From Ignavibacteriota bacterium (lineage in GTDB: Bacteria; Bacteroidota; Ignavibacteria; UBA10030; UBA6906), in assembly GCA_963801355.1 (NCBI GenBank), contig CAWDEM010000008.1, positions 2,208,001 through 2,272,000 of the forward strand: DNA of 64,000 nucleotides. The letters run 5' to 3'. This document shows positions 1 to 8,877 of this stretch, in pieces. The first letter of the stretch is position 1. Every line of letters starts with the position of its first letter. The translations under genes were made by a program, and so were the position numbers. The notes under the pieces are model-generated. The model did no database searches. It saw only the letters and a list, made by a program, of their open reading frames with translations, and had not been told where the DNA came from.

Positions 1-420
1 CTTCGGGTGATCGCGAACAGCCCTGTAATCGATAAGCGGAAGAATACGATTGCATCCCCACCCCCCGCGAACCGCCAGGATGGCGTCCACATCGGGATCC
101 CCGAACATGGCGTTGACGTCCTCCGCCCGGTGGGCATCGGTCCCCGCCAGAAACCCATGCCGGTCAAACACATGCTCGCCGAACTTCCACCGCAGATCGA
201 GTGCCTTGAGTACCTCCGTGACCATCGTGAGGTCCGACCGGACGTAGGTCGGCCCTGCCGGGTTAATCAATCCGACCGTAGCCCCCCGCGAAAGCCGGCG
301 TGGCTTCAGGAGCGGCATGCCGCTTTCCGCCCGGAGGAATGGCGGCAGGATGGTCGCCAGCGTTGCCGCGCCGAGTGACTGCAACACACCGCGTCGCGTC
401 ATGCTCCCCGTGTTGGTCAT
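1..420 (-). CDS. LD-carboxypeptidase (peptidase S66 family), Tat-like signal; runs off the window start
   Basis: Not in the ORF track; manual translation MTNTGSMTRRGVLQSLGAATL...KPRRLSRGATVGLINPAG...FLAGTDAHRAEDVNAMFGDPDVDAILAVRGGWGCNRILPLIDY matches the S66 N-terminal motifs (GTD..RA.D, RGG.G); ATG overlaps the upstream TGA (ATGA, 417-420). Confidence 0.85.
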   Translation of the reverse strand, partial: MTNTGSMTRRGVLQSLGAATLATILPPFLRAESGMPLLKPRRLSRGATVGLINPAGPTYVRSDLTMVTEVLKALDLRWKFGEHVFDRHGFLAGTDAHRAEDVNAMFGDPDVDAILAVRGGWGCNRILPLIDYRAVRDHPK

Positions 421-1256
421 ACGATCTCCCGCAAAAGTGCGCATCGCGTGTATGCCACGCGGAATCCCTGGCGCTCGAGATTGCGCTGCGAAACGCTTCC
501 CGGCCGCGTCAGGGTGTAGGCAAGATCGCATTCTGCTTCCATTGCGTGATTCATCAGGGTACGGATCACGGCTGACTGCACACCCAGCCGGCGGAATGAC
601 GGGATGGTGCTCGCTCCATAGATCGCGGCCACTCCATCGTGAGCCGACAGCGCGCCGCCTCCGGCAGGACGGCCGTCCACCCAGGCGAGCACACACGTTG
701 TCGCGGGCTGCAGCAAAATGCTCCGCAACACGGCCAGATTCTCGGGTGTTTGCACCTGCTGATCACCGAATCCCGAGGCAACGGTCTTTGCCCATACGTC
801 TGCATCTTCAGGGGTGCTGAACTGCACGCTGATGCCGGAGTCAGGAGGTATTGCCGGCTCCAGAACCCGGATCCTGCGCACCATCATGTTGCTGAAGTCC
901 ACCAACCGGTAACCGCGCCCGGCCATTTCACGCACCACAGTACTGTCGGCGAGCGGACAGAGTTCCACATGCACGGCAGACGCCCGGCTGACGAAAAAGT
1001 GCTCAAGCGCTTCGATGTCCGATCCGTGCACGGGGCCTTCCATCCCAATACCGATCGCCTGGGTCAGCGGAGAACCGACACCCACGAATACCGCAATACC
1101 GCCTGCGAGCGGTTCAGCCACAGCCCCGGAGCCGGGATTTAGATGTGCATGAATCTCCGCCGACTCCTTACCGATGGCGGTATCGACGGCTTCAACACGA
1201 CGCGCGAGTGCGTGGTCTGCGAGCAGCACCGCACCAGCAGGATCTCCAGAAGCCAA
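417..1256 (-). CDS. GNAT family N-acetyltransferase
   Basis: Acetyl-CoA motif A (STIPSFRRLGVQSA) and C-terminal SQRNLERQGF. Confidence 0.8.
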   Translation of the reverse strand: MASGDPAGAVLLADHALARRVEAVDTAIGKESAEIHAHLNPGSGAVAEPLAGGIAVFVGVGSPLTQAIGIGMEGPVHGSDIEALEHFFVSRASAVHVELCPLADSTVVREMAGRGYRLVDFSNMMVRRIRVLEPAIPPDSGISVQFSTPEDADVWAKTVASGFGDQQVQTPENLAVLRSILLQPATTCVLAWVDGRPAGGGALSAHDGVAAIYGASTIPSFRRLGVQSAVIRTLMNHAMEAECDLAYTLTRPGSVSQRNLERQGFRVAYTRCALLREIV

Positions 1257-2312
1257 TTATTCACCCTTGAGTGCAGATGGTACAACATATCCCTTTGACA
1301 ACAGCCGGGCTTCATGGGAACGCAGGAATTCCCGGATCGATTCAACCGGCACAGCCTGCGTAATGCCGGATTCCACCTCGGTTCTCCGTTCGACAAATAC
1401 CTCGCCCGTGTACGGCACCGCGGGATCAAAGACAAGTTCGCCGCCGTCTTTCTCCGGGGTCAGGACGAACGATGAATGCGCGGAGACCAGCTTGATCATG
1501 CCCACGAATTCGAAGTTCGGAATGCCATCACGGATGGCCAGGACGATACCTCCGCTGAACCCGCGGCTGAACATCGCGTCAACCATGAACATGCCGCGCC
1601 GGTCCTTGTTCGGATTGCTGACAATGCCCTTCGTGACCATTTTATAGCCGGAAGGGTAGCCGAAGAGATACACGAACGATCCCCACTCAAGTTCTTTGGC
1701 TTTGCCGAACGGATATTTGAAGACGGGGGGCGGTATCGGAGGGTCCACGGTCAGCCTCTGGCCGAGCACGGCGATATCCGCCTGCCTGTCCATCGCCAGC
1801 AATTCCAGATCCCCTCCCTCGGGGAAGACAGCGGTGTAGTTGGACTGTTTCTCCTTGACAGCAATGCTCTTGATGTACGCAGTGGGGCGGCGGTTCGTGC
1901 CGATATGGTAATTGATGACCGTATCCTCAAAATCCACAATGTGGGCGCACGTCAGAGCAAGGATCCCGCGGGCGTGATACGACAGCGTGGTGATTGTCCC
2001 TGACGCGGTACGGTTGACATATACCGATGAGCTCTCTTTGCTTTTGAGCAGTCCCTCGGTGATGCTCGATCCGGTAATCCGTTCCTCCGGCAGGAAGAAA
2101 TAGGTCCTGTAGTACGCGATGCAGCTCAACATGTTAACGCTCTCGCTGATCTGCTCCAGCTGTTGCGAGCAGCCGCGGTAGGGGAACTCGGAATCATACT
2201 GCCCATCAGAGAGCGTGGGATACACATCGCGATAGATTTCCCGGGAACAGCCTGCGGGCAAGAGAAGGCTCAGCAGTGCAATACCTGCATGCACAAGGCG
2301 ACGATGGGCCAT
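1257..2312 (-). CDS. Trypsin-like (S1) serine protease lipoprotein
   Basis: Lipobox LPAGC; TCAH (His), DIAVL (Asp), GFSGG (Ser) motifs. Confidence 0.75.
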   Translation of the reverse strand: MAHRRLVHAGIALLSLLLPAGCSREIYRDVYPTLSDGQYDSEFPYRGCSQQLEQISESVNMLSCIAYYRTYFFLPEERITGSSITEGLLKSKESSSVYVNRTASGTITTLSYHARGILALTCAHIVDFEDTVINYHIGTNRRPTAYIKSIAVKEKQSNYTAVFPEGGDLELLAMDRQADIAVLGQRLTVDPPIPPPVFKYPFGKAKELEWGSFVYLFGYPSGYKMVTKGIVSNPNKDRRGMFMVDAMFSRGFSGGIVLAIRDGIPNFEFVGMIKLVSAHSSFVLTPEKDGGELVFDPAVPYTGEVFVERRTEVESGITQAVPVESIREFLRSHEARLLSKGYVVPSALKGE

Positions 2313-2314
2313 GG

Positions 2315-3337
2315 TTATTCCTCCATGCCGGCGAGGGATTTGAGTCTGCGGACCTCCCCGGGTGTCAGCGGACGGGTCGCCCCGCGCGGTAATCCTTCGG
2401 TGGTGACGGGACCGTAAGCAACGCGGTCGAGTTTTCGCACATCATAGCCCAATTCTTCAAACATGCGCCGCACCTGGCGATTCCAACCTTCACGGATGGT
2501 GATGCCGACTTCGCGGCCGCGGCCGCCGGGAATGCTGAACACTTCTGCAGGTGCAGTGCGCCCTTCGGTGAGGTCGATGCCGTCACTCAAGGCCCTGAGA
2601 TGCTCTCCGGTGACCGCCTCGTCGCAGGTGACACGGTAAGCCTTGGGAACACCGTGGCGCGGATGCATCAGCCTGTTGGCGAACTCGCCGTCGTTCGTGA
2701 ACAACAGAACCCCGGTGGTATTGCGGTCCAGACGACCGATCGGGAAGACCCGTTTCCGTGCATGGATATGGTCCATGACCGTCTCCCGTCCGCGCTCGTC
2801 ACTCATCGTCGTGATGGTGTCTTTGGGTTTGTTGAGCACAAGATAGATCGGCGCATCGACATGTGCGACTTCTTTGCCATCCACGAATACACGATCCGTT
2901 CCGGGAACGAGCGTTGTGGCAAGCGAGGAGATAGTCACACCGTTCACATTCACGCGGCCTTCGAGAACAAGGTTTTCCGCCTTGCGGCGCGATGAAACGC
3001 CGCACATGCTTAAATACCGGTTGATGCGCACCCGCCCGGTGACACGCGGCGCCGGTGCCCTGCGGGAACTTTCGCCCGACTGTGGGCGTGGCCCCTGTGC
3101 CCTGCCGGGTCTTTCGCCCGCCTGTGGACGTGGCCCCTGTGCCCTGCCGGGTCTTTCGCCCGCCTGTGGACGTGGCCCCTGTGCCCTGCCGGGTCTCTTG
3201 CCCGCGTGTGGACGTGGCCCCTGTGCCCTGCCGGGTCTCTTGCCCGCGTGTGGACGTGGCCCCTGTGCCCTGCCGGGTCTTTCGCCCGCCTGTGGACGTG
3301 GCCGGCGCGGCGGACGGCCTTTATGAAATGAGTTCAT
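2315..3337 (-). CDS. rluB: RsuA/RluB-family rRNA pseudouridine synthase with repetitive N-terminal extension
   Basis: S4 domain (RINRYLSMCGVSSRRKAE), catalytic GRLD, EGWNRQVRRM; follows scpA-scpB as usual. Confidence 0.9.
   Translation of the reverse strand: MNSFHKGRPPRRPRPQAGERPGRAQGPRPHAGKRPGRAQGPRPHAGKRPGRAQGPRPQAGERPGRAQGPRPQAGERPGRAQGPRPQSGESSRRAPAPRVTGRVRINRYLSMCGVSSRRKAENLVLEGRVNVNGVTISSLATTLVPGTDRVFVDGKEVAHVDAPIYLVLNKPKDTITTMSDERGRETVMDHIHARKRVFPIGRLDRNTTGVLLFTNDGEFANRLMHPRHGVPKAYRVTCDEAVTGEHLRALSDGIDLTEGRTAPAEVFSIPGGRGREVGITIREGWNRQVRRMFEELGYDVRKLDRVAYGPVTTEGLPRGATRPLTPGEVRRLKSLAGMEE
3069..3303. repeat. 42-bp tandem repeat, about 5.6 copies, in frame in rluB (14-aa unit AGERPGRAQGPRPQ/H)
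   Basis: Unit CTTTCGCCCGCCTGTGGACGTGGCCCCTGTGCCCTGCCGGGT starting at 3069, 3111, 3153, 3195, 3237, partial at 3279. Confidence 0.95.
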
Positions 3338-4017
3338 TCGTCATCCCCAAGCAGTCGTAGTCCCTGACCCGGAGCATCCTCTTTCTCCTGCTTCTCCTCA
3401 AGCTCCTGCAACATCCGCTTCTCCACTTCGAATTGCGCTTCTGCGAGGAGCTCGTCAATCTCCCGTGGCTTCGGAAGCTCGGCCAGGTCGTTCAAGCCAA
3501 AGTGTTTGAGAAACTCTTTCGTGGTTCCATAGAGCAACGGCCTGCCTGGTGTGGCCGCCCGGCCGATAATGGCAACAAGGCTGCGCTCGAGCAACGAATG
3601 CAGCACATAGTCCGCATTGACTCCCCGGATAGCTTCAAGTTCCGGCTTTGTGACCGGTTGCTTGTACGCGATGACGGCGAGGGTTTCCAGGGCGGAGACA
3701 GACAGCTTGCGTTTTGACCGCTCCTTCATCATGCGGCCGAGCCAGACGCCATGCTTGGGCAGCGTCGCAAACTGGTATCCGCCGGCGACCTTGACGATGC
3801 GGAAGGCGCGCTGTCCGGCCTCAAATTCCCTGTTCAGGAATTCCACCGCCCGCAGAATAAGATCCTGGTCGATGCGCTCCGGCCGCTCGGGATCATCCAG
3901 GTAACCGAGCAAATCGATAAGTTGCCGCACGCTGAGCGGTTCGTCTGTAGCAAAGAGCAGCGCCTCGATCACTTCGAGGATTGCCCGGGGCATCGGGATG
4001 CTGATATCGGCACTCAT
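3334..4017 (-). CDS. scpB: SMC-Scp complex subunit ScpB
   Basis: IEALLFA, ALETLAVIAYKQPVT, GRPLLYGTTKEFL motifs. Confidence 0.95.
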   Translation of the reverse strand: MSADISIPMPRAILEVIEALLFATDEPLSVRQLIDLLGYLDDPERPERIDQDLILRAVEFLNREFEAGQRAFRIVKVAGGYQFATLPKHGVWLGRMMKERSKRKLSVSALETLAVIAYKQPVTKPELEAIRGVNADYVLHSLLERSLVAIIGRAATPGRPLLYGTTKEFLKHFGLNDLAELPKPREIDELLAEAQFEVEKRMLQELEEKQEKEDAPGQGLRLLGDDE

Positions 4018-4757
4018 GGTGATGCGAGGGTGAGAGGAACAAGCGGGTTCAACGGGCGAATGGCAACATCGTCTTTCCCCTCCATCGGGGCAATCGCGAG
4101 CACTTTGTTCTTTGTCAGTTCGAGAATGGCCATCACCGTCACGATAATCCTGATTTTGTCCACCATGTGCGCAACGAGTTGCAGCAGGCTCGATGGCCCG
4201 TGCACGCGCAGGAAGTCGAGCACGAAGCTCATCTGTTCATCTACCGAGACGTTCATCAGCTGGACTTCATGCACGTTTCTTTTCGGCATTTGATCAAGCG
4301 CAGCCTTGTACGCAGCGATGAGATTGAACAGCGAGATGTCCTGCAGGAACTCGTCCCCTTCGTCCTCGGTCATCACCCGTGTGTCCGCCTGGAAGAATTT
4401 GCGGTAATAGATGCGGCGTTGCTCTTCTTCCATCCCGCCGAGCTCACCGGCCATTTCTTTGAAGCGCTTGTACTCGACGAGGCGGCGCACCAGTTCCGCC
4501 CGGGGGTCATCTTCCTCGACCGCGTGTTCGTCCCGCGGCAGGAGCATGCGGACCTTGATCTGCATCAGGGTTGCCGCCATGACGATGAATTCCCCGGCAA
4601 CCTCCAGATCGAGGGTCGCCATCAGGTGCAGGTACTCGAAGAATTCCTTCGTAATCCTGGAGATCGGGATATTATAGATATCCAGCTCGTCCCGTTTGAT
4701 GAAAAACAACAGGAGATCAAGCGGTCCTTCGAAGTCTGTGAGCTTCACGCGATACAC
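4014..4757 (-). CDS. scpA: Segregation/condensation protein ScpA
   Basis: FEGPLDLLL N-terminal motif; start moved to GTG at 4757 just after the trpS stop. Confidence 0.93.
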   Translation of the reverse strand: MYRVKLTDFEGPLDLLLFFIKRDELDIYNIPISRITKEFFEYLHLMATLDLEVAGEFIVMAATLMQIKVRMLLPRDEHAVEEDDPRAELVRRLVEYKRFKEMAGELGGMEEEQRRIYYRKFFQADTRVMTEDEGDEFLQDISLFNLIAAYKAALDQMPKRNVHEVQLMNVSVDEQMSFVLDFLRVHGPSSLLQLVAHMVDKIRIIVTVMAILELTKNKVLAIAPMEGKDDVAIRPLNPLVPLTLASP

Positions 4758-4761
4758 GATG

Positions 4762-5748
4762 TTACCCCATCTGCATGACCGACCGCACTTCCGCCATGGT
4801 TTCTTCGGCGCGGACCCGTGCCCGGCGTTCGCCATCACTCAGCACATCCATCACTTCCTGCGGGTGTGCGTCGTAGTGGGCGCGCGTCTCACGGAACGGC
4901 GTCAGACTCACAGCGAGCCGATCGGCAATGCGTTTCTTGCATTCGACACATCCGAGGGAACCAGACCGGCAACCGGCGGCGATCTCGTCCGCTTCCCCGG
5001 GGTTGAATTTCTGATGGTAGGTGTATACCAGGCAGATTTCCGGACGCCCCGGATCGTTCTTTCTGATTTTCAGCGGATCGGTCACCGCGGTACGGAGTTT
5101 CTTCTGGATGACGTCCGGCGCATCGGAGAGAAAGATCGTGTTCCCCGCCGACTTGCTCATTTTCTTGTCGAACCCATCCAGCCCCGGGAGACGGGCAAAT
5201 GGCGTCAGCTTCGGCTCGGGTTCGGGGAACACGGAGCCGTATTGATTGTTGAACCTCCGGGCGATTTCCCGTGAGATCTCCACGTGGGGCACCTGATCTT
5301 CGCCCACGGGCACAAGATCCGCCTTGTACAGAAGGATGTCCGCCGCCTGCAATACCGGATACCCCAGGTGACCGTAACTCATGTGTTCAATATTCAGGTC
5401 ACGGACTTGCTCCTTGACCGCCGGATTGCGTTCGAGTCGTGTGGTGGTGATGAGCATGGAAAGGAGAAGGTGCAGTTCCGTGTGCTGCTTCACCCGTGAC
5501 TGGCGGAACATCGGACTCTTCGCCGGATCGATGCCGGCGGCCAGCCAGTCAATCACCATGTCGATGGAATCGCCTGTGATGTGCGACGTGTCCAGGTCTG
5601 TGGTCAGTACGTGGTAGTCTGCAATCAGGTGATAGTTGGCGTAGTCTTTTTGCAACGCAACCCAGTTTTCAAGGGCGCCGACAAAGTTGCCGAGGTGGAG
5701 CTTGCCTGTTGGCCGCATGCCACTCAGGATAGTTTTGCGCACTGTCAT
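4762..5748 (-). CDS. trpS: Tryptophan--tRNA ligase
   Basis: SGMRPTGKLHLGN (HIGH), YPVLQAADIL, VPVGEDQ, KMSKS. Confidence 0.97.
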   Translation of the reverse strand: MTVRKTILSGMRPTGKLHLGNFVGALENWVALQKDYANYHLIADYHVLTTDLDTSHITGDSIDMVIDWLAAGIDPAKSPMFRQSRVKQHTELHLLLSMLITTTRLERNPAVKEQVRDLNIEHMSYGHLGYPVLQAADILLYKADLVPVGEDQVPHVEISREIARRFNNQYGSVFPEPEPKLTPFARLPGLDGFDKKMSKSAGNTIFLSDAPDVIQKKLRTAVTDPLKIRKNDPGRPEICLVYTYHQKFNPGEADEIAAGCRSGSLGCVECKKRIADRLAVSLTPFRETRAHYDAHPQEVMDVLSDGERRARVRAEETMAEVRSVMQMG

Positions 5749-5810
5749 TCGGATAATGGTGGATGGTCATAAGACCCGTGCCGTTTCCGGACCACGGGAC
5801 GTGAAATGCG

Positions 5811-6341
5811 TCAGTTCAAAAAGAGGTAGGGCTTCCAGCGCTCGTCCAACGAACCGACGACATGCCGGATAAACGTGACATGATTCGGACGCATGGGCTT
5901 CCGACGGAGCGGCATGTGCGCCTCTTCAGGAGTACGGTCGCCTTTCTTGTTGTTGCACACGACGCAGGCACACACCAGATTTTCCCACGTATCCTCGCCA
6001 CCCCGGGAAATCGGCACGACATGGTCCACCGTCAGCGGCAAATCAGACCGGCCGCAGAATTGACAGCGATGCGCATCCCGCCGGAGAATATTCTTGCGAG
6101 AAAGGATGATGCGTTTGTACGGAACCTTCACATACACAGACAATCGGACGATGCTCGGATAGGGTACCGCGAGGCTTACCGATCTAATCATCTGCCCGTT
6201 ATGCGCCTCGATCATTTCCGCTTTGCCAAGGAAGAGGAGAGCGATGGCCTTCCTTACGTTGACCACACTCATGGGCTCATAATTCTGGTTGAGTATGAGA
6301 ACCTTGGCGTTGAGGCGTCCGCAAACCCCTCTGGCATTCAG
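5811..6341 (-). CDS. HNH endonuclease (McrA-like family); probable CTG start at 6341 (first ATG at 6272)
   Basis: CQFCG, LTVDHVVP.SRGG..WENLVCAC..CN..KG; the family's conserved N-terminal VLILNQNYEP lies upstream of the first ATG in the same open frame. Confidence 0.85.
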   Translation of the reverse strand: MNARGVCGRLNAKVLILNQNYEPMSVVNVRKAIALLFLGKAEMIEAHNGQMIRSVSLAVPYPSIVRLSVYVKVPYKRIILSRKNILRRDAHRCQFCGRSDLPLTVDHVVPISRGGEDTWENLVCACVVCNNKKGDRTPEEAHMPLRRKPMRPNHVTFIRHVVGSLDERWKPYLFLN

Positions 6342-6388
6342 TAGAGCGCTGAAAGTCTTCCCTCCTGTCCGGATCTGTTCATTTCCAT
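6338..6388 (-). CDS. Putative leaderless 16-aa upstream ORF MEMNRSGQEGRLSALY
   Basis: ATG 6 nt after a TTGACA-17-TATATT promoter; its TGA overlaps the HNH-frame CTG (CTGA). Confidence 0.4.
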   Translation of the reverse strand: MEMNRSGQEGRLSALY

Positions 6389-6394
6389 TTAAAA

Positions 6395-6423
6395 AATATA
6401 CGTTGAGGCTCCCTCTTTGTCAA
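6395..6423 (-). promoter_or_regulatory. Sigma70-type promoter for the HNH-trpS-scpAB-rluB run
   Basis: TTGACA-17 bp-TATATT. Confidence 0.75.
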
Positions 6424-6461
6424 GTTGCGGGCGGTCCCGGACAATACCCGGAGAGCCACAA

Positions 6462-6499
6462 CAAAACAGAGGAGGCTCCGGTAGAGCACCGGAGCCTCC
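6462..6499 (-). terminator. Intrinsic terminator after degP
   Basis: Perfect 12-bp stem GGAGGCTCCGGT/ACCGGAGCCTCC followed by TCTGTTTTGT on the minus strand. Confidence 0.75.
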
Positions 6500-6546
6500 C
6501 AGGATTGCCTAAAAAGGGGTGTATTCGCAGAATGCAGCAGTCCGCC

Positions 6547-8073
6547 CTAGCGCGGTATCTGCACGGCCACGAACACAGGTTTGCCACCCGCCTGAGGGCG
6601 GACACGCATCAGCACCGAATCACCAGCCTTGCGGGATTCAATGGCCTTCTTCAAATCTCCCGGAGTAGCCACACTCTTCTTGTCGGCTTCAAGAACCACA
6701 TCTCCCTTGCCTATCCCGCGTTTGTTCGCCTCACTGAAGGGCTTCACCTCCGTCACCACAACGCCGGTCTCGACATCCAGCGATTTCTTCTCCTGCGGTG
6801 TGAGCGTGCGAACCGTGAAGCCAAGTTCCCCAAATGATACGGATTTCGAGGGTTCTTCTTTGGCTTCCGACTCGTCCTGTGCATCGTCCTTCCCTGCAGC
6901 CGCCAACTGGTCATCCGCCCTTGGACGCAACGTCACCTTCTTCTCCAGGGTCTTCCCGTCGCGGAAGATTTTCAAGGTTACCTGGTCCCCCTGATGGTGT
7001 GTGGCAATGATCGCCTGCAATTCGTTTTGCTTGTTCACTTCCTTGCCATCAACCGAGAGGATCACATCTCCCTCCTTGATGCCTGCTGCAGAAGCGGCCC
7101 CATCTTCAACCAGCGCCTGGACGATGACGCCTTTGGCATCACCCAACCCCAGGGCGTTAGCCATCGTCTGGTCTACCGCACCGATTTGGACGCCGATGTA
7201 GCCGCGCTTCACCTCACCGTACTTGATAATGTCGCTCGCGACGGTCTTGAGCAGGTTGACCGGGACCGCAAAGCCGTACCCCTGGTATCGGGCGTTGGTG
7301 GTGGCTATGGCGGCATTAATACCAATAACCTCGCCGTTCATGTTCACGAGGGCGCCGCCGCTGTTCCCCGGATTGATCGCCGCATCGGTCTGAATGAAAC
7401 TCTCGATGCCGTAGCTGTCCTGAATGATACCGATCCCCCTTCCGACTGCCGAGACGATACCTGCAGTGACACTTGACGTCAAACCTAACGGGTTGCCGAT
7501 AGCCAGGACCCACTCACCAACTTGCACGGTCTCGGAGTTTCCGAGCGCGGCCGCAGGCAAACCTTTCCCGTCAATCTTGATCACCGCAAGGTCCGTCAAC
7601 GGGTCGGTCCCGATGAGCTTGGCTTTGAAGTTTACCTTGTCGTGCAACACCACTTCGATGCCACCATCCTTGGCATCTTCAACGACGTGGTTGTTGGTGC
7701 AAATGTACCCATCCGCGGTCATGATCACGCCGGAGCCCGAACCTTCAGAAGGCTGGGGTTCAGGTGCTTTGAATTCTGGTCCGAAGAAATGGAAAAAATC
7801 CTGAGGCATTCTCCGTTGGCCTTCCTTGCCGGTTGTCACAACATTGATTGCGACAACGGACGGAGTGACGGCTTTTGCCACGTTGGCAAAATCCTGGCTC
7901 AACGCCTTTGCGCCTGTGACCTGGCTACCGATCTGGGACGGGCCGCCGAGTTTCACATCACCGCCGCCGGCCAGAACGCCGGTTGCACCGTTACCGAACG
8001 ACGAGATAAGGAAGGCGCCAAGGAGAACGAAAGCCACCAGGATGAATGATGCAAGAAGATATTTGCGCTGCAT
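6547..8073 (-). CDS. degP: Do/DegP/HtrA serine endoprotease with two PDZ domains
   Basis: GSGSGVI, TNNHVV, DLAVIK, IQTDAAINPGNSGG. Confidence 0.93.
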   Translation of the reverse strand: MQRKYLLASFILVAFVLLGAFLISSFGNGATGVLAGGGDVKLGGPSQIGSQVTGAKALSQDFANVAKAVTPSVVAINVVTTGKEGQRRMPQDFFHFFGPEFKAPEPQPSEGSGSGVIMTADGYICTNNHVVEDAKDGGIEVVLHDKVNFKAKLIGTDPLTDLAVIKIDGKGLPAAALGNSETVQVGEWVLAIGNPLGLTSSVTAGIVSAVGRGIGIIQDSYGIESFIQTDAAINPGNSGGALVNMNGEVIGINAAIATTNARYQGYGFAVPVNLLKTVASDIIKYGEVKRGYIGVQIGAVDQTMANALGLGDAKGVIVQALVEDGAASAAGIKEGDVILSVDGKEVNKQNELQAIIATHHQGDQVTLKIFRDGKTLEKKVTLRPRADDQLAAAGKDDAQDESEAKEEPSKSVSFGELGFTVRTLTPQEKKSLDVETGVVVTEVKPFSEANKRGIGKGDVVLEADKKSVATPGDLKKAIESRKAGDSVLMRVRPQAGGKPVFVAVQIPR

Positions 8074-8103
8074 TGGATGTATTCCTCCATGTAATCGATG
8101 CTG

Positions 8104-8877
8104 TTACTGAATACGTGAAAACACCTGCTCCGACCTGCGTGATCGCATACCGATGAGGTGAACCCGGACCAGGTGGTGGAGGGTTTCTTCAACCTCGGCC
8201 GCCACAACCGGCGTCACTGCCACCTGCAGCGAAGCATCAAGTCCGTCGCATGACTGGAACCGCTCCAGCGCGCTGCAGGCAGCGGCCGAAATCGCCATGC
8301 CGGCATCGCTCGCTTCACCACACCGCTCACACAGTATTCCCCTGCCCGTCATGCGAATTCTCGATCGGGCCGGAGCACTCTGAACCGACTCTAATTCGTC
8401 TCTACATGAGACACATTGCCGGAGAGAAGGTTTAAAGCCCAGGAGCCCCAGCAACTGGATCTCATACGCATATAACGCATTTTTGTGCCTGCAAGTTGCA
8501 TTTTGCACCGCACGAAAAAGGTCCACGGTAAGATGGAAGAGTTCCGGATGAACCTCGTCATGTTCGGTCGCGAGGTGCAGTAATTCGACGGCGCCCATCC
8601 CGATCTCCATGCGGGAAAGATCTTCCACGAGGGCGGGATAGCGTTGAACCAGATCACATTGCGTGAGCAATTGAAGTTCGCGCTGGGCTTTGTAGTAGAT
8701 GACCGCCCGCACGTGGTTCATGGCCTCGATCGAAGAGCCGAACGGGCGGCTCTTGCGCCGGGCGCCTTTTGCGATGATAGAGATCTTACCATGGTCGCGA
8801 GTGAAGAGCGCGGCGATCAGGCTCGACTCGCTGTATTTCATCGTCCGCAGGACGATCGCTTCCGTGGTCAGAATCAT
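8104..8877 (-). CDS. recO: DNA repair protein RecO
   Basis: AIVLRTMKYSESS...GKISIIAKGARR; C-terminal CxxC...CxxC. Confidence 0.92.
   Translation of the reverse strand: MILTTEAIVLRTMKYSESSLIAALFTRDHGKISIIAKGARRKSRPFGSSIEAMNHVRAVIYYKAQRELQLLTQCDLVQRYPALVEDLSRMEIGMGAVELLHLATEHDEVHPELFHLTVDLFRAVQNATCRHKNALYAYEIQLLGLLGFKPSLRQCVSCRDELESVQSAPARSRIRMTGRGILCERCGEASDAGMAISAAACSALERFQSCDGLDASLQVAVTPVVAAEVEETLHHLVRVHLIGMRSRRSEQVFSRIQ

Noticed and set aside
3069-3303. Possible CRISPR array
   Set aside because: Units are contiguous with no unique spacers, in frame within rluB, and there are no cas genes
5749-5810. T-box or Trp attenuator before trpS
   Set aside because: The gap is too short, there is no T-box motif and the upstream uORF has no Trp codons; only a weak hairpin is present
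5811-6341. HNH gene as a homing endonuclease or mobile element
   Set aside because: It resembles the widespread stand-alone chromosomal HNH family; no intron context, terminal repeats or obvious composition shift
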